Positions 49,100 to 63,630 are shown, numbered from the whole stretch's first letter. The stretch: 63,667 bases of DNA, filler included, from Octopus bimaculoides (GCF_001194135.2; 7 parts of 6 records of this genome joined end to end with filler, not necessarily neighbours in it), one strand, 5' to 3'. Translations and numbers: made by a program. Notes: generated by a model from the letters alone, not told the origin.

Positions 49100-49747
49100 A
49101 TTTTTATTCTTTTGCTTGTCTCAGTCATTTGATATCGGCCATGCTGGAGTACCACGCTGGAGCACAAATCGACCCCAAAACTCGTTCTTTGTAAGACTGG
49201 TACTTATTCTATCGCCTCTTTTGCCGTAAAGCTAAGTAACTGGGACTTAAACATACGAACACCTGTTGTCAAACGATGGCGGTGGGGACATACACAGACA
49301 CAAACACAAATATATACATACATACATACATACATACATACATACATACACACACACGCATACGCACACACACACACATACACACACACATATTTATATA
49401 TATATACTACGGCACTCCGTCAGTTACGACGACGAGACTCAATGGAACAGCCTGCTCGTGATGTTAACGTGCAAGTTGCTGAGCACTCCAAGGGCACGTG
49501 TACGCTTAACGTAATTCTCGGGTAGTTTCAGCGTGACAACGCTGCTGGCCCTTTGAAATACAGGTACAGCAGAAACAGGAAGAAAGAGTGAGAGAAAGTC
49601 GTGGTGAAAGAGTACAGCAGGGTTCGCCACCATCCCCTGCCGGAGCCTCGTGGTGCTTTAGGTGTTTCGCTCAATAAACATTCACAACGCCAGGACTGGG
49701 AATGGAAACCGCGAGTCCGCTGCCCTAAACACTGAGCCATTGCCCCT

Positions 49748-49782
<35 letters not shown>

Positions 49783-49960
49783 TACACATACACACACATA
49801 CACCCACACACCCACACACACGACGGACGTCGTTCAGTTTCCTCCTACCAAATCGAAAGACAAGGCTTTGGTAGGCCCCAGGCTATAGTAGAAGACACTT
49901 GTCCAAGGTGAAACCAGAACCATATGGTTCGGAAGCAAACTTCTTACCACATAGCCATAT
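49100..49960 (-). mobile_element. SINE family B copy split by a nested second SINE (49410-49745)
   Basis: Family B head at 49825-49960 and tail at 49100-49290. The intervening element has its own tRNA-like head (GGCAATGGCTCAGTGTTTAGGGCAGCGGACTCGCGGTTTCCATTCC). Confidence 0.7.
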
Positions 49961-51529
49961 ATATACTTAGTGCATATATACATGCATACATAATACATTC
50001 ATACATAACCGCCCCTCCTCCGCACACACATATGGACTTTTGTCTTAAATATGTAAGCAGACATACGAAGCGTACTCTCTAATCTCGCTTCTATGCTCTT
50101 ATATGATATTATTTACACTACGTGATGTATTGGGGAGGATTTTATAAGACTTGACTAATGATGCAAAAGTTAGAATTGGAAGTTCGATTTTAACCGTCAA
50201 TTGGACATTAGCTTTACATAATTTGTGAAAATAGTAGTCGAAATGTCGCCGTACATAATCGCTTCATCTGCAGGAAATAACAGGGGAGTCTATCTTTAAC
50301 CACAGCTTACCGACGAAAAGTGCGAAAAACCTTATTAGAAAATGTTATCGCAAAAAATTGGATGATTTTGGATGGATTAATTTTCATCAAGATTGCTTTT
50401 TCCAAGATTGACCTGTTTTCAGGAACAATTGTAAGTCAAAGAGAGTGCTTTGGCTAATTGGGTTGCCTTGCTAGAAATAACAATGAAATATCTTTCGAAT
50501 CACATGATTCTGGCAGAAATGACTCATCAGATCATCAAGTGCTACATATCGTCTAAAAATAGGGGCTGATTATTTAGTGGAATTAATTAAAAAATAGGAT
50601 TGTTGGAATCAGTACTGTTTGAATCAGGAAGACAAACGAGAACAAAAAGAACAAACACTGGATATAATTAGATCTGTAACATATACTTCGTGTATAGACA
50701 ACCTATCAGGAAATTAGGAGAAACCAGCTGAGAAGATAAAAGAGACAAAGAGAAGCGGAGAGAGGAGCAAGTGAAGACGAGTGAGAGAGTGAAGAGAATG
50801 AGGGGAGTGGGCTGAGAGACAAGACGGGGAAAAAGAAAACAAAGATATATTTTTGGTTCAACGGTAAATCAAAATGTCCGGCAGAAAACAGAAAGATTTT
50901 TACAAACACAAGCACACACACAAATTTACACACACACACACACACACACATATCCATATACACGCACATATTCACACACTTATTTACATGCACACACGTA
51001 TTTACATGCAAACACGTATTTAGATGCACACAGATGCATAGACACACATATTTACATATACACACAAGCACAGATACACAAACTTACATACACACATACA
51101 CAATCACACGAACACACACACACACACAAAAGTATTTATTAAGCTATACGTATGCTTGTTCACATATTTACGACAACAAATCTATATGTTCTTGTGAGGG
51201 AAGGTGCGCAGTAACGTATCAATGTACATATGTACGTATAAATGCATGCATGTATATTTATATATATATATATATGTGTGAGTGAGTGTTTGTGTGTGTT
51301 TGTGTGTGTTTGCGTGTATATGTGTGTATGTGCGTGTGCGTATCTTTAATACAGAGATATACAAACAATTACCAATAGAATTAGACAAAAGCAACGTTGC
51401 ATATCTTTTGTTTCCTGTATATTTTAAAAAATTATTCGTACATTTCCGATAATTTTAAATCAGAGAAAGCATTAATAACGTTGCAGCACATTTTATTCCC
51501 ACCGCTTTACAGACGTTGCTTTCATATAC

Positions 51530-51608
<79 letters not shown>

Positions 51609-52164
51609 NNNNNNNNNNNNNNNNNNNNNNNNNNNNNNNNNNNNNNNNNNNNNNNNNNNNNNNNNNNNNNNNNNNNNNNNNNNNNNNNNNNNNNNNNNNN
51701 NNNNNNNNNNNNNNNNNNNNNNNNNNNNNNNNNNNNNNNNNNNNNNNNNNNNNNNNNNNNNNNNNNNNNNNNNNNNNNNNNNNNNNNNNNNNNNNNNNNN
51801 NNNNNNNNNNNNNNNNNNNNNNNNNNNNNNNNNNNNNNNNNNNNNNNNNNNNNNNNNNNNNNNNNNNNNNNNNNNNNNNNNNNNNNNNNNNNNNNNNNNN
51901 NNNNNNNNNNNNNNNNNNNNNNNNNNNNNNNNNNNNNNNNNNNNNNNNNNNNNNNNNNNNNNNNNNNNNNNNNNNNNNNNNNNNNNNNNNNNNNNNNNNN
52001 NNNNNNNNNNNNNNNNNNNNNNNNNNNNNNNNNNNNNNNNNNNNNNNNNNNNNNNNNNNNNNNNNNNNNNNNNNNNNNNNNNNNNNNNNNNNNNNNNNTT
52101 TTTTGTCCGCCACTACATTCCTCCATGGCTAGATTTAATTTGCGTATACAAATTTAATCTGCGA

Positions 52165-52388
52165 TCCATGGGACGAGCCGTTTTAGCGATGCGTCCTGCC
52201 CAAGCTCGTCGAAACGCCGGTGTTAAAACGTGGGTGGCTGATGAAGGAGAATGTTCTCTATGTGGCTCGTGTGTTCTCGTCTACGTTTGTTTGCAATGTC
52301 CTGTACCCAGATATGCACCTATACATACAGGTAGATGTCGGTATGCACATACCTGTACGTATATATGCATATACTCATTTACTATTTG

Positions 52389-52400
<12 letters not shown>
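52165..52400 (+). repeat. Dispersed repeat family C, copy 3
   Basis: GGCTGATGAAGGAGAATGTTCTCTATGTGGC..TGTACCCAGATATGCA matches the other two copies. Confidence 0.75.
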
Positions 52401-52426
<26 letters not shown>

Positions 52427-53853
52427 TATATATATACATACATGCGTACATTTATACATACATACACACATATCTACATTAACATACGTACGTGTGCGTA
52501 CTTGAGGATCTATGCAAACATTCTATTGCACAGAAGTATATTTTGGCAAATAAACTCATATATATATATATATGAGTATGTAAATTATATACACACAGTT
52601 ACCTATATATGTGGTTATATGATAATCAATTTCCAAATATGTTTATGCACTTTGTTATATAAAGATGCCTGATTAAAACAAATGCATCCTTTGCAGTTCT
52701 GACGATGTATGTTCCAGTTATATCATGTTCTTGAATAACAGTGTTAGTGTTATGAGAGTATTTCAGAGACACGTATATGCGTAAGGTAACGATCAGGTAA
52801 AAATCAGAGCGCGGTTATTTGTGATACAGCTAGATGTACATTTGTCGTACAGGAAATGATTCGAAGTTTACGTGTACTGAAGTTTATCAGCAGGGCTCGA
52901 TGCAATCAGAGATTCTCTCTCTTGAACCAGAAGAGTGCACATGAAGGTGAAATGACACACTGATATTTGTGGATGACACACGGAATTATACATATACCCA
53001 TCAGTTATGGACACATTCGTGCACACGGCAAACCACATACGATTTACTTATGGCTGTTTGTCGCATTCGTTGATGTGCATTATTTCTCTTCATTGTGGTT
53101 GTCCATTTTGGGATGATTATGTTTATCGAGCAGCTGGAAAGGATATGCTAAAGCTTGTCTTCAATGACAGAGGACACGCCGTGTCGGTAGTTCATGCGAA
53201 TACCGACGGCTATTTTGATATTCTAGACTAACGAACAACTTTGCATGAGTGCAAAAGAAATAATATGCAAAGATGCGATTACAGCGAAGATATCACTTAT
53301 AGTTGCAAGAGAGTGGTAGTTTATTAATAACATCTACAAGTTACAGGTGTGTACGGAATATGGAATTTGTCGGTGATTCCTATAAATATGGTGGCAATAA
53401 CTTGATATTCGTCTGAATGTGTAATGCTTTTCTTAATCTTCCTCCTAAGTAACTGGAGAGCAAATCAGTGGAGAAACGCCTGGGAAACAGCTGTAGTGCA
53501 CTGCAGCCCATCCGAATTATTGTTTATATACATACATGCATACATACATACATGGATATATATATATATATATATANNNNNNNNNNNNNNNNNNNNNNNN
53601 NNNNNNNNNNNNNNNNNNNNNNNNNNNNNNNNNNNNNNNNNNNNNNNNNNNNNNNNNNNNNNNNNNNNNNNNNNNNNNNNNNNNNNNNNNNNNNNNNNNN
53701 NNNNNNNNNNNNNNNNNNNNNNNNNNNNNNNNNNNNNNNNNNNNNNNNNNNNNNNNNNNNNNNNNNNNNNNNNNNNNNNNNNNNNNNNNNNNNNNNNNNN
53801 NNNNNNNNNNNNNNNNNNNNNNNNNNNNNNNNNNNNNNNNNNNNNNNNNNNNN

Positions 53854-53896
<43 letters not shown>

Positions 53897-54441
53897 GTAC
53901 ATGTGCACATGTGTGTTTTTGTGTGTGTACGTGCGTTTGTGTATATGTTCATACGTGTATGGGTGTGTGTGCGTGAGTCTGCAATATGTATATATGCATG
54001 TCTGAGTGCGCTCAGTGCGTGTCTTTTTGTCTGCCCCTGCACTATTTGACAACCGGTGTTGTGTTGTTTACGACACATAATTTAGCAGTTTGAGGGAAAA
54101 GAAATGGAATAAGCACTAGATTTTAAAAATAACGACTGGTTTCGCTATGTTTAACTAAAATCCTATACGCCAAATCATCAGCATGGCTGCAATCCCACGA
54201 TGAACAAACATAAAAGATAAAACACCATTTAAAATACAGCAACTCATAAACTCCAGCGTAGGCGTATACGTTGAGCCAAAAACAGGCGCTCTTGAAGACA
54301 GATAATAAATTATATGGAAATATATACAGGCACACTCGAACTAAGTATAATTAAGAATGTATGCTACTAATGTTATGAACATATGTATAAATTATTATAT
54401 ATTAATATATTCATGTGTATGTATGTGTGTATGTATGTATG

Positions 54442-54507
<66 letters not shown>

Positions 54508-54532
54508 CCTCTCTCTCTCTCTACCTGCCTAC

Positions 54533-54621
<89 letters not shown>

Positions 54622-54688
54622 AAATGACAACAAAAGAATGAGACATCGATATTAGGTAAATAGAGGCTTATTTATATATGTATAACAA

Positions 54689-54911
54689 TAAGTTGTCATT
54701 ATAGTACTCGGAGTTTCGAATGTCAGAGTGAAGAGCTAAGACGCATTTTCACCGGCAATTAATGGCAATTGACACTATGAAAAACCGTTGAATAAAAGGG
54801 AAGTTACTCTATTAGGTATTTATAGCGTCTATTGCTACAAATAGCCGACGAAAGTGCATCGTAGTTCTTCGCTCCGGATTTTGAAACTCCGAGTACTACA
54901 ATGACAACTTA
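54689..54911. mobile_element. MITE with 31-bp TIRs (29/31 match), outer TA possibly the target duplication
   Basis: TAAGTTGTCATTATAGTACTCGGAGTTTCGA (54689-54719) vs TTGAAACTCCGAGTACTACAATGACAACTTA (54881-54911). Confidence 0.85.
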
Positions 54912-55991
54912 CTTTTTGTCGGAAATTATACATACATACATACATACCTATATATATATATATATATNNNNNNNNNNNNNNNNNNNNNNNNNNNNNNNNN
55001 NNNNNNNNNNNNNNNNNNNNNNNNNNNNNNNNNNNNNNNNNNNNNNNNNNNNNNNNNNNNNNNNNNNNNNNNNNNNNNNNNNNNNNNNNNNNNNNNNNNN
55101 NNNNNNNNNNNNNNNNNNNNNNNNNNNNNNNNNNNNNNNNNNNNNNNNNNNNNNNNNNNNNNNNNNNNNNNNNNNNNNNNNNNNNNNNNNNNNNNNNNNN
55201 NNNNNNNNNNNNNNNNNNNNNNNNNNNNNNNNNNNNNNNNNNNNNNNNNNNNNNNNNNNNNNNNNNNNNNNNNNNNNNNNNNNNNNNNNNNNNNNNNNNN
55301 NNNNNNNNNNNNNNNNNNNNNNNNNNNNNNNNNNNNNNNNNNNNNNNNNNNNNNNNNNNNNNNNNNNNNNNNNNNNNNNNNNNNNNNNNNNNNNNNNNNN
55401 NNNNNNNNNNNNNNNNNNNNNNNNNNNNNNNNNNNNNNNNNNNNNNNNNNNNNNNNNNNNNNNNNNNNNNNNNNNNNNNNNNNNNNNNNNNNNNNNNNNN
55501 NNNNNNNNNNNNNNNNNNNNNNNNNNNNNNNNNNNNNNNNNNNNNNNNNNNNNNNNNNNNNNNNNNNNNNNNNNNNNNNNNNNNNNNNNNNNNNNNNNNN
55601 NNNNNNNNNNNNNNNNNNNNNNNNNNNNNNNNNNNNNNNNNNNNNNNNNNNNNNNNNNNNNNNNNNNNNNNNNNNNNNNNNNNNNNNNNNNNNNNNNNNN
55701 NNNNNNNNNNNNNNNNNNNNNNNNNNNNNNNNNNNNNNNNNNNNNNNNNNNNNNNNNNNNNNNNNNNNNNNNNNNNNNNNNNNNNNNNNNNNNNNNNNNN
55801 NNNNNNNNNNNNNNNNNNNNNNNNNNNNNNNNNNNNNNNNNNNNNNNNNNNNNNNNNNNNNNNNNGGGTAGGGGTATGTGGGTAGGGGTGGGTGGTGGGT
55901 GTAAGGAATTGGATGGGGTGGAGTGGGAAGGTAGAGTAGGAGTGTGTTGGGGTGTGGTGGGATGAGCTTATGAGGGGGTGTTGACGAGGAG

Positions 55992-56025
<34 letters not shown>

Positions 56026-57129
56026 ATGCATATGTATATGAACACATCCGTATATAAAGGTATAATATTCAGATAGAAGGCCATATATGTATATGCAAAA
56101 GAATAACTATATTTATGATGTTACACAAACATACACATACACGTATGCAAAATACATGTGATTGTATAATTAAATAATATCACAAGCAATGACATGAACA
56201 AACTAACCATCCTCTATACTGACACACCTTTGATGAGATGCGTATATTCATATGTACGCATTTATAACTGATACTTGCTATCGCATATCATATTGTATTA
56301 GAGTAATTATACGTGTATGATGAATATATTGTCTCATTTTAAATACAAATGTGATGGATATTGTTGATATTTATTTATCGCTCTCACTGCACACATCTTC
56401 AGCGATATCTCGCGATGTCCTTCACTCTCTCTCTCTCTCTTTCTCTCTCTATGTATGTATTTATGTATGTATATATGTATGTATGTATGTATATATCTAT
56501 GTATGTGTGCATATGTATGCATATACACACAAACATACTTGCATTATTGTATATGTGTGTGTGTGTAAGTATATATGCATATATATATGTGAATATATCT
56601 GTGTGCATATATATGAAATTAGATAAATAACCTTCGAGCAGATAGTCAGCAGCGCCGCCTGGCTAAGGCTTGGCTACTCTGCATTGACAAGGGGCAACAC
56701 CCTGAAACTAGTCTAGTCTGCAGATGCCAAACCAGCAGGGGGACACTGCTGACCTCCCCTGTTCGAAGGTTATAAAGGACACAGGTTTCGTGTGTCACAT
56801 AGCTAGCTAGAGGCGATGGCTTCTTGGAGCTAATTCACGGCAGCTTTCGTCCTAATTTTGGGACTGCCATGTTGGCTTGGCGATAACTATTAATTTCCAG
56901 TACCGCTGCCGTAGTCTCCTTTAGAGAGACTTAGAAATATTAATANNNNNNNNNNNNNNNNNNNNNNNNNNNNNNNNNNNNNNNNNNNNTTAATTAATTA
57001 ANNNNNNNNNNNNNNNNNNNNNNNNNNNNNNNNNNNNNNNNNNNNTATTTATCTCTCTCTCTCTCTCTTCTACTGTTTCACATGTACCAATTCCCTATAT
57101 TGTCAATTCTTCCTAAATCTGTTCTCTTC

Positions 57130-57370
57130 GTGAAGGAGCGTGGCCTTGCAGTCAAGAGCGTTACACTCACAACCGTAAGATCGCGGTTTCGATTCCCGGA
57201 CGGGATGGTGCGTTTGCGTTTCTGAGAGCAAAACACTTCATTTCACATTATTCAAATCCTATCAGCAGAAAATGAGTAACACCCTACGACGGACAGGCGT
57301 CCTATCCAGGGGGAATGTTGTGATCTCGGTCACTTATACGCCATGGAAACCATGTGCCCGGCCCTAAGGA
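57130..57370 (+). mobile_element. tRNA-derived SINE, another family
   Basis: A box TGGCCTTGCAGTC, B box GGTTTCGATTCC, body CCCTACGACGGACAGGCGTCCTATCCAGGGGG. Confidence 0.65.
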
Positions 57371-57538
57371 TCATCTACAACCCTCGTCGTTGCAACCGAC
57401 GGAGTGCCAGTTTTACCTTGTCTACTTTCCTCTTATTTTCTTTCTTTTCATTCATTTCATTATAAGTAAACCCCAATACTTTACGTCTGCTTTCGTATTG
57501 TCCTCCTCATCCTTCGCCCTGGTAGCAAATAAATGAAA

Positions 57539-57539
<1 letters not shown>

Positions 57540-57570
<31 letters not shown>

Positions 57571-57812
57571 GTTGTTGTTATTATTATTATTGTTCAGTAG
57601 TTTTATTTTTATAACGTGCTTTCACTTCACTACCGAGCGCAGCTCTGTGCGCCTTGGGTATGTGATGTGGTTTGCTGTGGTGCTCTTATGGTTACTGTAT
57701 TGAAAGTGTTTTGTGTAGGATGTGTGCAGTGCCCAGTAGTGCAATTTTCTGTATGTTATATATATTTGTAAGTCCTGGTGTTTTTGTTATGTATTTGTCT
57801 GAATATTTTTTT
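57540..57812 (-). mobile_element. 3' end of an RLE-type (R4/Dong-like) LINE with a (TAA)n tail
   Basis: Minus strand KKYSDKYITKTPGLTNIYNIQKIALLGTAHILHKTLSIQ* followed by a short UTR and TAA repeats. Confidence 0.75.
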
Positions 57813-58718
57813 NNNNNNNNNNNNNNNNNNNNNNNNNNNNNNNNNNNNNNNNNNNNNNNNNNNNNNNNNNNNNNNNNNNNNNNNNNNNNNNNNNNNNNNN
57901 NNNNNNNNNNNNNNNNNNNNNNNNNNNNNNNNNNNNNNNNNNNNNNNNNNNNNNNNNNNNNNNNNNNNNNNNNNNNNNNNNNNNNNNNNNNNNNNNNNNN
58001 NNNNNNNNNNNNNNNNNNNNNNNNNNNNNNNNNNNNNNNNNNNNNNNNNNNNNNNNNNNNNNNNNNNNNNNNNNNNNNNNNNNNNNNNNNNNNNNNNNNN
58101 NNNNNNNNNNNNNNNNNNNNNNNNNNNNNNNNNNNNNNNNNNNNNNNNNNNNNNNNNNNNNNNNNNNNNNNNNNNNNNNNNNNNNNNNNNNNNNNNNNNN
58201 NNNNNNNNNNNNNNNNNNNNNNNNNNNNNNNNNNNNNNNNNNNNNNNNNNNNNNNNNNNNNNNNNNNNNNNNNNNNNNNNNNNNNNNNNNNNNNNNNNNN
58301 NNNNNNNNNNNNNNNNNNNNNNNNNNNNNNNNNNNNNNNNNNNNNNNNNNNNNNNNNNNNNNNNNNNNNNNNNNNNNNNNNNNNNNNNNNNNNNNNNNNN
58401 NNNNNNNNNNNNNNNNNNNNNNNNNNNNNNNNNNNNNNNNNNNNNNNNNNNNNNNNNNNNNNNNNNNNNNNNNNNNNNNNNNNNNNNNNNNNNNNNNNNN
58501 NNNNNNNNNNNNNNNNNNNNNNNNNNNNNNNNNNNNNNNNNNNNNNNNNNTATGTATTTCTCTTTGTTCCCTTCCCTCTTTCTCTCCTTTCTTTCTTTCT
58601 GTCTTTAATGTCTTTCTATCTGTTTATTTCCCCACCACCACCACCACTCGGTCGCAATTCTCCGCTTTCACTTCGCTCACGTTCTCTCTCTCTACTTCTC
58701 CCTTTCTCTTTCTCTCTT

Positions 58719-58810
<92 letters not shown>

Positions 58811-58936
58811 GCACACGCACACCCTGACACAATCACACACTCGACAGAGCGTTTTTGTGTGCAGGATTTATGTGTCAGTGAGCCAATCAAATTTCTTATG
58901 ACTTCAAAAAAAAATTAACAAAATAAAATAAAAAAA

Positions 58937-58967
<31 letters not shown>

Positions 58968-59803
58968 AAGCGAGAGTAATGAAACTTTTTTCCCAGAAGA
59001 AATATCGGGGTCACAGATATTTAATACTGCATTGTGTAGAACTAACGTCTCACATCCTAACTTGTAACGTCCAAGGTCTGTACTAAACTGGGTCTTACCA
59101 ATATAAGAGAAAAGAAAGACGCTTGTAAAAGCTATGGCGATAGTGATGACGTTAATAGAGCGATAGAGCTGTTGATTGGAAGAGAGATTATTCAGGTAGG
59201 GGAGAAGAAAGTGTGTTGCTAATGTAGGTTGAGGTGAACCTTACATTGTAATAAATATATGAGAGGGAAAAACGATATATTTACCAAGTCACCCTTAACA
59301 CGTTTTTATTGCTTTTTTTTTTTTTCTCTCTTTATCGAAAGTAGATCTCCACCCTCGTCCCACCCTGCAATGCTCTCCTTTCATGCATGGTACATTAGAT
59401 AAACCATGGGGCCTGTAGAACAAGACTTCGACATCAGACAATCTATGGTGGATATACTGATGTTATAATATATGTCTAGGACAGCGCAGGGTCGACAGGA
59501 AACACCGTCAAATCACGCAAGCCTTCGGGCCGTCACGTGTTAAGGGGTCCTCAATGTTATGTGGGGTTTGGGGGGTTTTTTCAATAACTGTGGACACGGT
59601 AGAGTGGACCCCGCAATGCTCTCCTTTCATGCATGGTATGATAGATAAACTACCGAGCCGTACAATACGACTTTGACTTCGTGTTACTTGTCCCTGTTTT
59701 CTCGTATTGAGCTCATTCGTTTTCGTATTTCATGTTGTTTATTGTTGGTGACGTCCTGTACCCGCTCACTCACTCACTCTGTCTGTCTGGCTGTCTCTCT
59801 CTC

Positions 59804-59935
<132 letters not shown>

Positions 59936-60289
59936 TCTCTTTATATATATATATACTAGCAGTAAATATGTTTTTACACTTGCAGTTTTCCTCCATGTGA
60001 AAATTGTTTAGAATTCTACTCTCAAGGTCGCTAAATTCTAACATGCGCGAGTCACCAGCAACCTTAGCGCCGGCTCTAATCTAGGGCAGGAGTAGGGGCA
60101 GCAAACGCTCAGTCTACGTGCCCCGATTTCATTTTCTGTTAGATAAATATCACAGCATTTTTAGGATTTTCTTTCTTGCCTAATGTATTTCTGCAACAGC
60201 CATCTTGAAAGTAAAACAGAACAGCTGACATCTTTTAAAGACATATTGTCACTTAATCGCTCCGACTGACATTGGTTTCAACCCCTTTG

Positions 60290-60430
60290 GCCGCTGTGTG
60301 GTAAGAAGCTTGCTTCCCAACAACATGGTTTCCGAGTTCAGTCCCACTGCGTGGCACCTTTGACAAGTGTCTTCTACTATAGCCGCGAGCTCACCAAAGC
60401 CTTGTAAGTGGTTTTGGTAGGCGGAAACAC
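60290..60430 (+). mobile_element. SINE family B 5' half
   Basis: GCTGTGTGGTAAGAAGCTTGCTTCCCAA..GAGTTCAGTCCCACTGCGTGGCACCTT. Confidence 0.8.
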
Positions 60431-61415
60431 GTGTAGGTCATTATAATATGTTGTATATATAGCTATAAAATAAATTTTGTGGATGTAGAAGTTTCCATAC
60501 TCTTTATTATTAATAATAATGTATACTCCAAACATTTTTTGCTGTCCAGCGAAGAGTTCACGTAATTATCCTTCGAATGAATTCACGGAGTGACTAACAA
60601 TAAATTGTAGTTACAGATGTTAAATACCGAACGTAGTGGTTAGCCGTTAACAGGAACTTAACTGAGAGCTAATACGGTATCCGCCCGGATAATATATCCG
60701 CTCGGATATTATATTCCCCCAAACATACACACACACACACACACACACACACTTTTTCACATTTAATAACTTATTGTCTGGGCGTTTTAATTCTCTTCAA
60801 CTAGAATCTTTGCGGCCACGGATGCGTCTCAATTACGTAATTTTGAAACTCATTTTGTAATGAGCTTCGAAGTAATTATTACATTAACCTATTGTTTTAC
60901 TGGTCTCAGCTCATCTACTGCAATTCGCTTCGTCTCTTCGTTCTGGATAACTTTTCTTGTTCATATATTACTCCAAAATTTTCTGCTCCTCGTTGCATCC
61001 GGCACTTCAAACAATCACTTCTAATATTTTTGAAAAATATTCATTTTTATCTCAACTGCCTTTCCTGTCACTCATTGTTTCGACTTCTTCAATTACAACT
61101 ATTATTTCTGTATTTTACGTTTTGAAATATTCTACTTTATTTCTAGTGCTTTATAATGACTCGGGTTTTCCTTCTTTAAGACGCTCTTGTTGACTCACTT
61201 CCCGTCTCAAACTCGATACTATCGTCCATCCATCTTTCCCACCGAGATTTTTGTCTGTCCGTTGGGTTTTCTATTTCCCGTTTAATTTCTTAAAACTCCA
61301 TGTTCTAACAGCAACCACTCATGCTTTAGAGTGAATGTTTGGTCTATATAAATCTGTGTATATATGTATTCATGTTCTTACGTCATATGTATATGTTCAT
61401 ATAGATAATTATCTA

Positions 61416-61495
<80 letters not shown>

Positions 61496-61855
61496 GAACT
61501 TTTTAAATAATCATACTTTATATATTTATACATCTATCTATTAATACAATATTATTTTGGATGTATATATTGTGATGATTTTTTGATGTAATTTTCCTGC
61601 TCATATTTTATAATATAATATATAATCGCTCTTATTAAATCTCTAAATACTTTTGATGTTTCAGACATTTCCCTACCAAGAGCACTTATTAGAAATTCAG
61701 TATACTGTATTCTCCTTGAATATATTTGATTAACGATATATATATACATATATACATATATATATGGGAGAATATATAAATAATAACAACAGACGAGGAC
61801 AGGTGGTGTAAATAACAAAAGGATATGTTAGTATGACGCTCGGGAATACGGAAAG

Positions 61856-61892
61856 TCTTTGACGTTTCGAGCTACGCTCTTCAACAGAAAGA
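61856..61892 (-). ncRNA. Minimal hammerhead-like motif with a non-canonical core
   Basis: Minus: TCTTT-CTGTTGA-A-GAGC GTA GCTC-GAA-ACGT-C|AAAGA. Stems I and II pair and stem III is palindromic, but core A6 is U and there is an extra A. Confidence 0.45.
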
Positions 61893-63630
61893 ATACGGAG
61901 ACAAGGAGAAAAACACGGAGAAAATATATATATATATATATANNNNNNNNNNNNNNNNNNNNNNNNNNNNNNNNNNNNNNNNNNNNTTAATTAATTAANN
62001 NNNNNNNNNNNNNNNNNNNNNNNNNNNNNNNNNNNNNNNNNNATATACACATATATGTATACACACACGCACATATAGATATAGATATAGATATATACAT
62101 GCATAAATAGATAGATAGGTGGATATACGTACGTGTCTGTGCGTATATTAATACGAACGAGAACCAGTAAATATATGTGTATATATTATGTGTTTATTCA
62201 TATATGTAGTAGGTTTTTGTAGTTTGTGTGTATGACCAGTGATAAAGATTAAATAGACTAGTTAGAAAAATGCGCTCGTTTGCAAGCTTCATATATATAT
62301 TTATATATATACTGATACAGACATAGGGTAAAAATTAATAATTAATTGATAATTAGTAATTTTACCATGGAGTTCGGTGTGTTAAAAACCATTATCGGTA
62401 AATTTATATAGACAAAATTAAAATTTAGGGTTCAGAAAGAATTGCTTAACCACACATCGATAATTAGAAATAGCAGCCAAAACTATTATTTCTGTACTAA
62501 CATACGACTCCCAAAAACAGCAATACTCGCAAACTACAAAGGCAATTTTTATCCTTTTTTGCCTTTATATTCCTAGCTGTTGATAGACTTCATTGGGTGC
62601 TGAATTGAATAGGGCAATATGCAGTTTCTTCATCTTTTCGGCTTATTGTTGAAAAGATGAGGAAACTGGGAGGCAAGTTAATTTTGAGGCATTGCATGCA
62701 TAAGAACGGAACTGACTCTGGTTTCCATGGTCTGTGAGTGACTGAGATTAAAAAGTCTGCCACTGGACGGGATGCAAGTCCTTCGTAGGTCTAACTTCCC
62801 AGTTATTCCTTGAAATCATTTATATCTGAAGGGACTGGAGTAACGTGAACTGAAATGTTTTAATCAAGAACACAGCACATTACACAGTCTTGGAATCGTC
62901 ACCACAACATTGAAAAGAAAAAACCACTGGCACCTCGGTCTGTCATAAAAACCAGTATTCATAATATCGACCTCTTCACCCAGTATTCAGGCATAGAAAT
63001 CCCTCCCCTGGGTGGGACGATGATCCTTGGCAGGATTAACTTTCATCTATTGCTAGAACACGTTTACAGCTGACTGAACTGGAGTAAAGTATAATGAAGT
63101 GCTATGCTCAAAAACATAGCACCGGTTGGTCTGGAAATCGAATCTAATGTCATATGATCATGAATAAAACACCAACAATAATTAGCTATTAGTCGTAGAT
63201 ATTAAAGTTGAACGCATTAAAAGATTAGCAAGGAAAGCCCAAGAGGGACCAAAATTCTATGTAGAGACAGAGGAATGTTAGTGAAGTACATATCGAAGGT
63301 CGCCGGAAGTGGAGACTTAAGTCTTTTGAAACTAAGTAATGATGCTTTTATCAGTTACAGCATCATACATCTAAACCTTTCCTACGAAATGGTACCTAAA
63401 AGCGACGAATAAATTGACTTCCTCCAGGATATGCGTCCTCAATGATTCTCTTTAACCATTATCAGATTGTCGAATATTATTGAAGCAGAGGAAACATAAT
63501 TGACAAATAAAGAAATTTGTAAATTTACTAATGAACAGTAAAATCACAATCCCGTATTTCATATGACATACAAATACTCAAAATGGTATCATACTCATAG
63601 AAAAGCGTATGTATACAATACACACACACC

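Noticed and set aside
57130-57200. tRNA gene
   Set aside because: A and B boxes are present, but there is no acceptor stem and the sequence continues into a SINE body.
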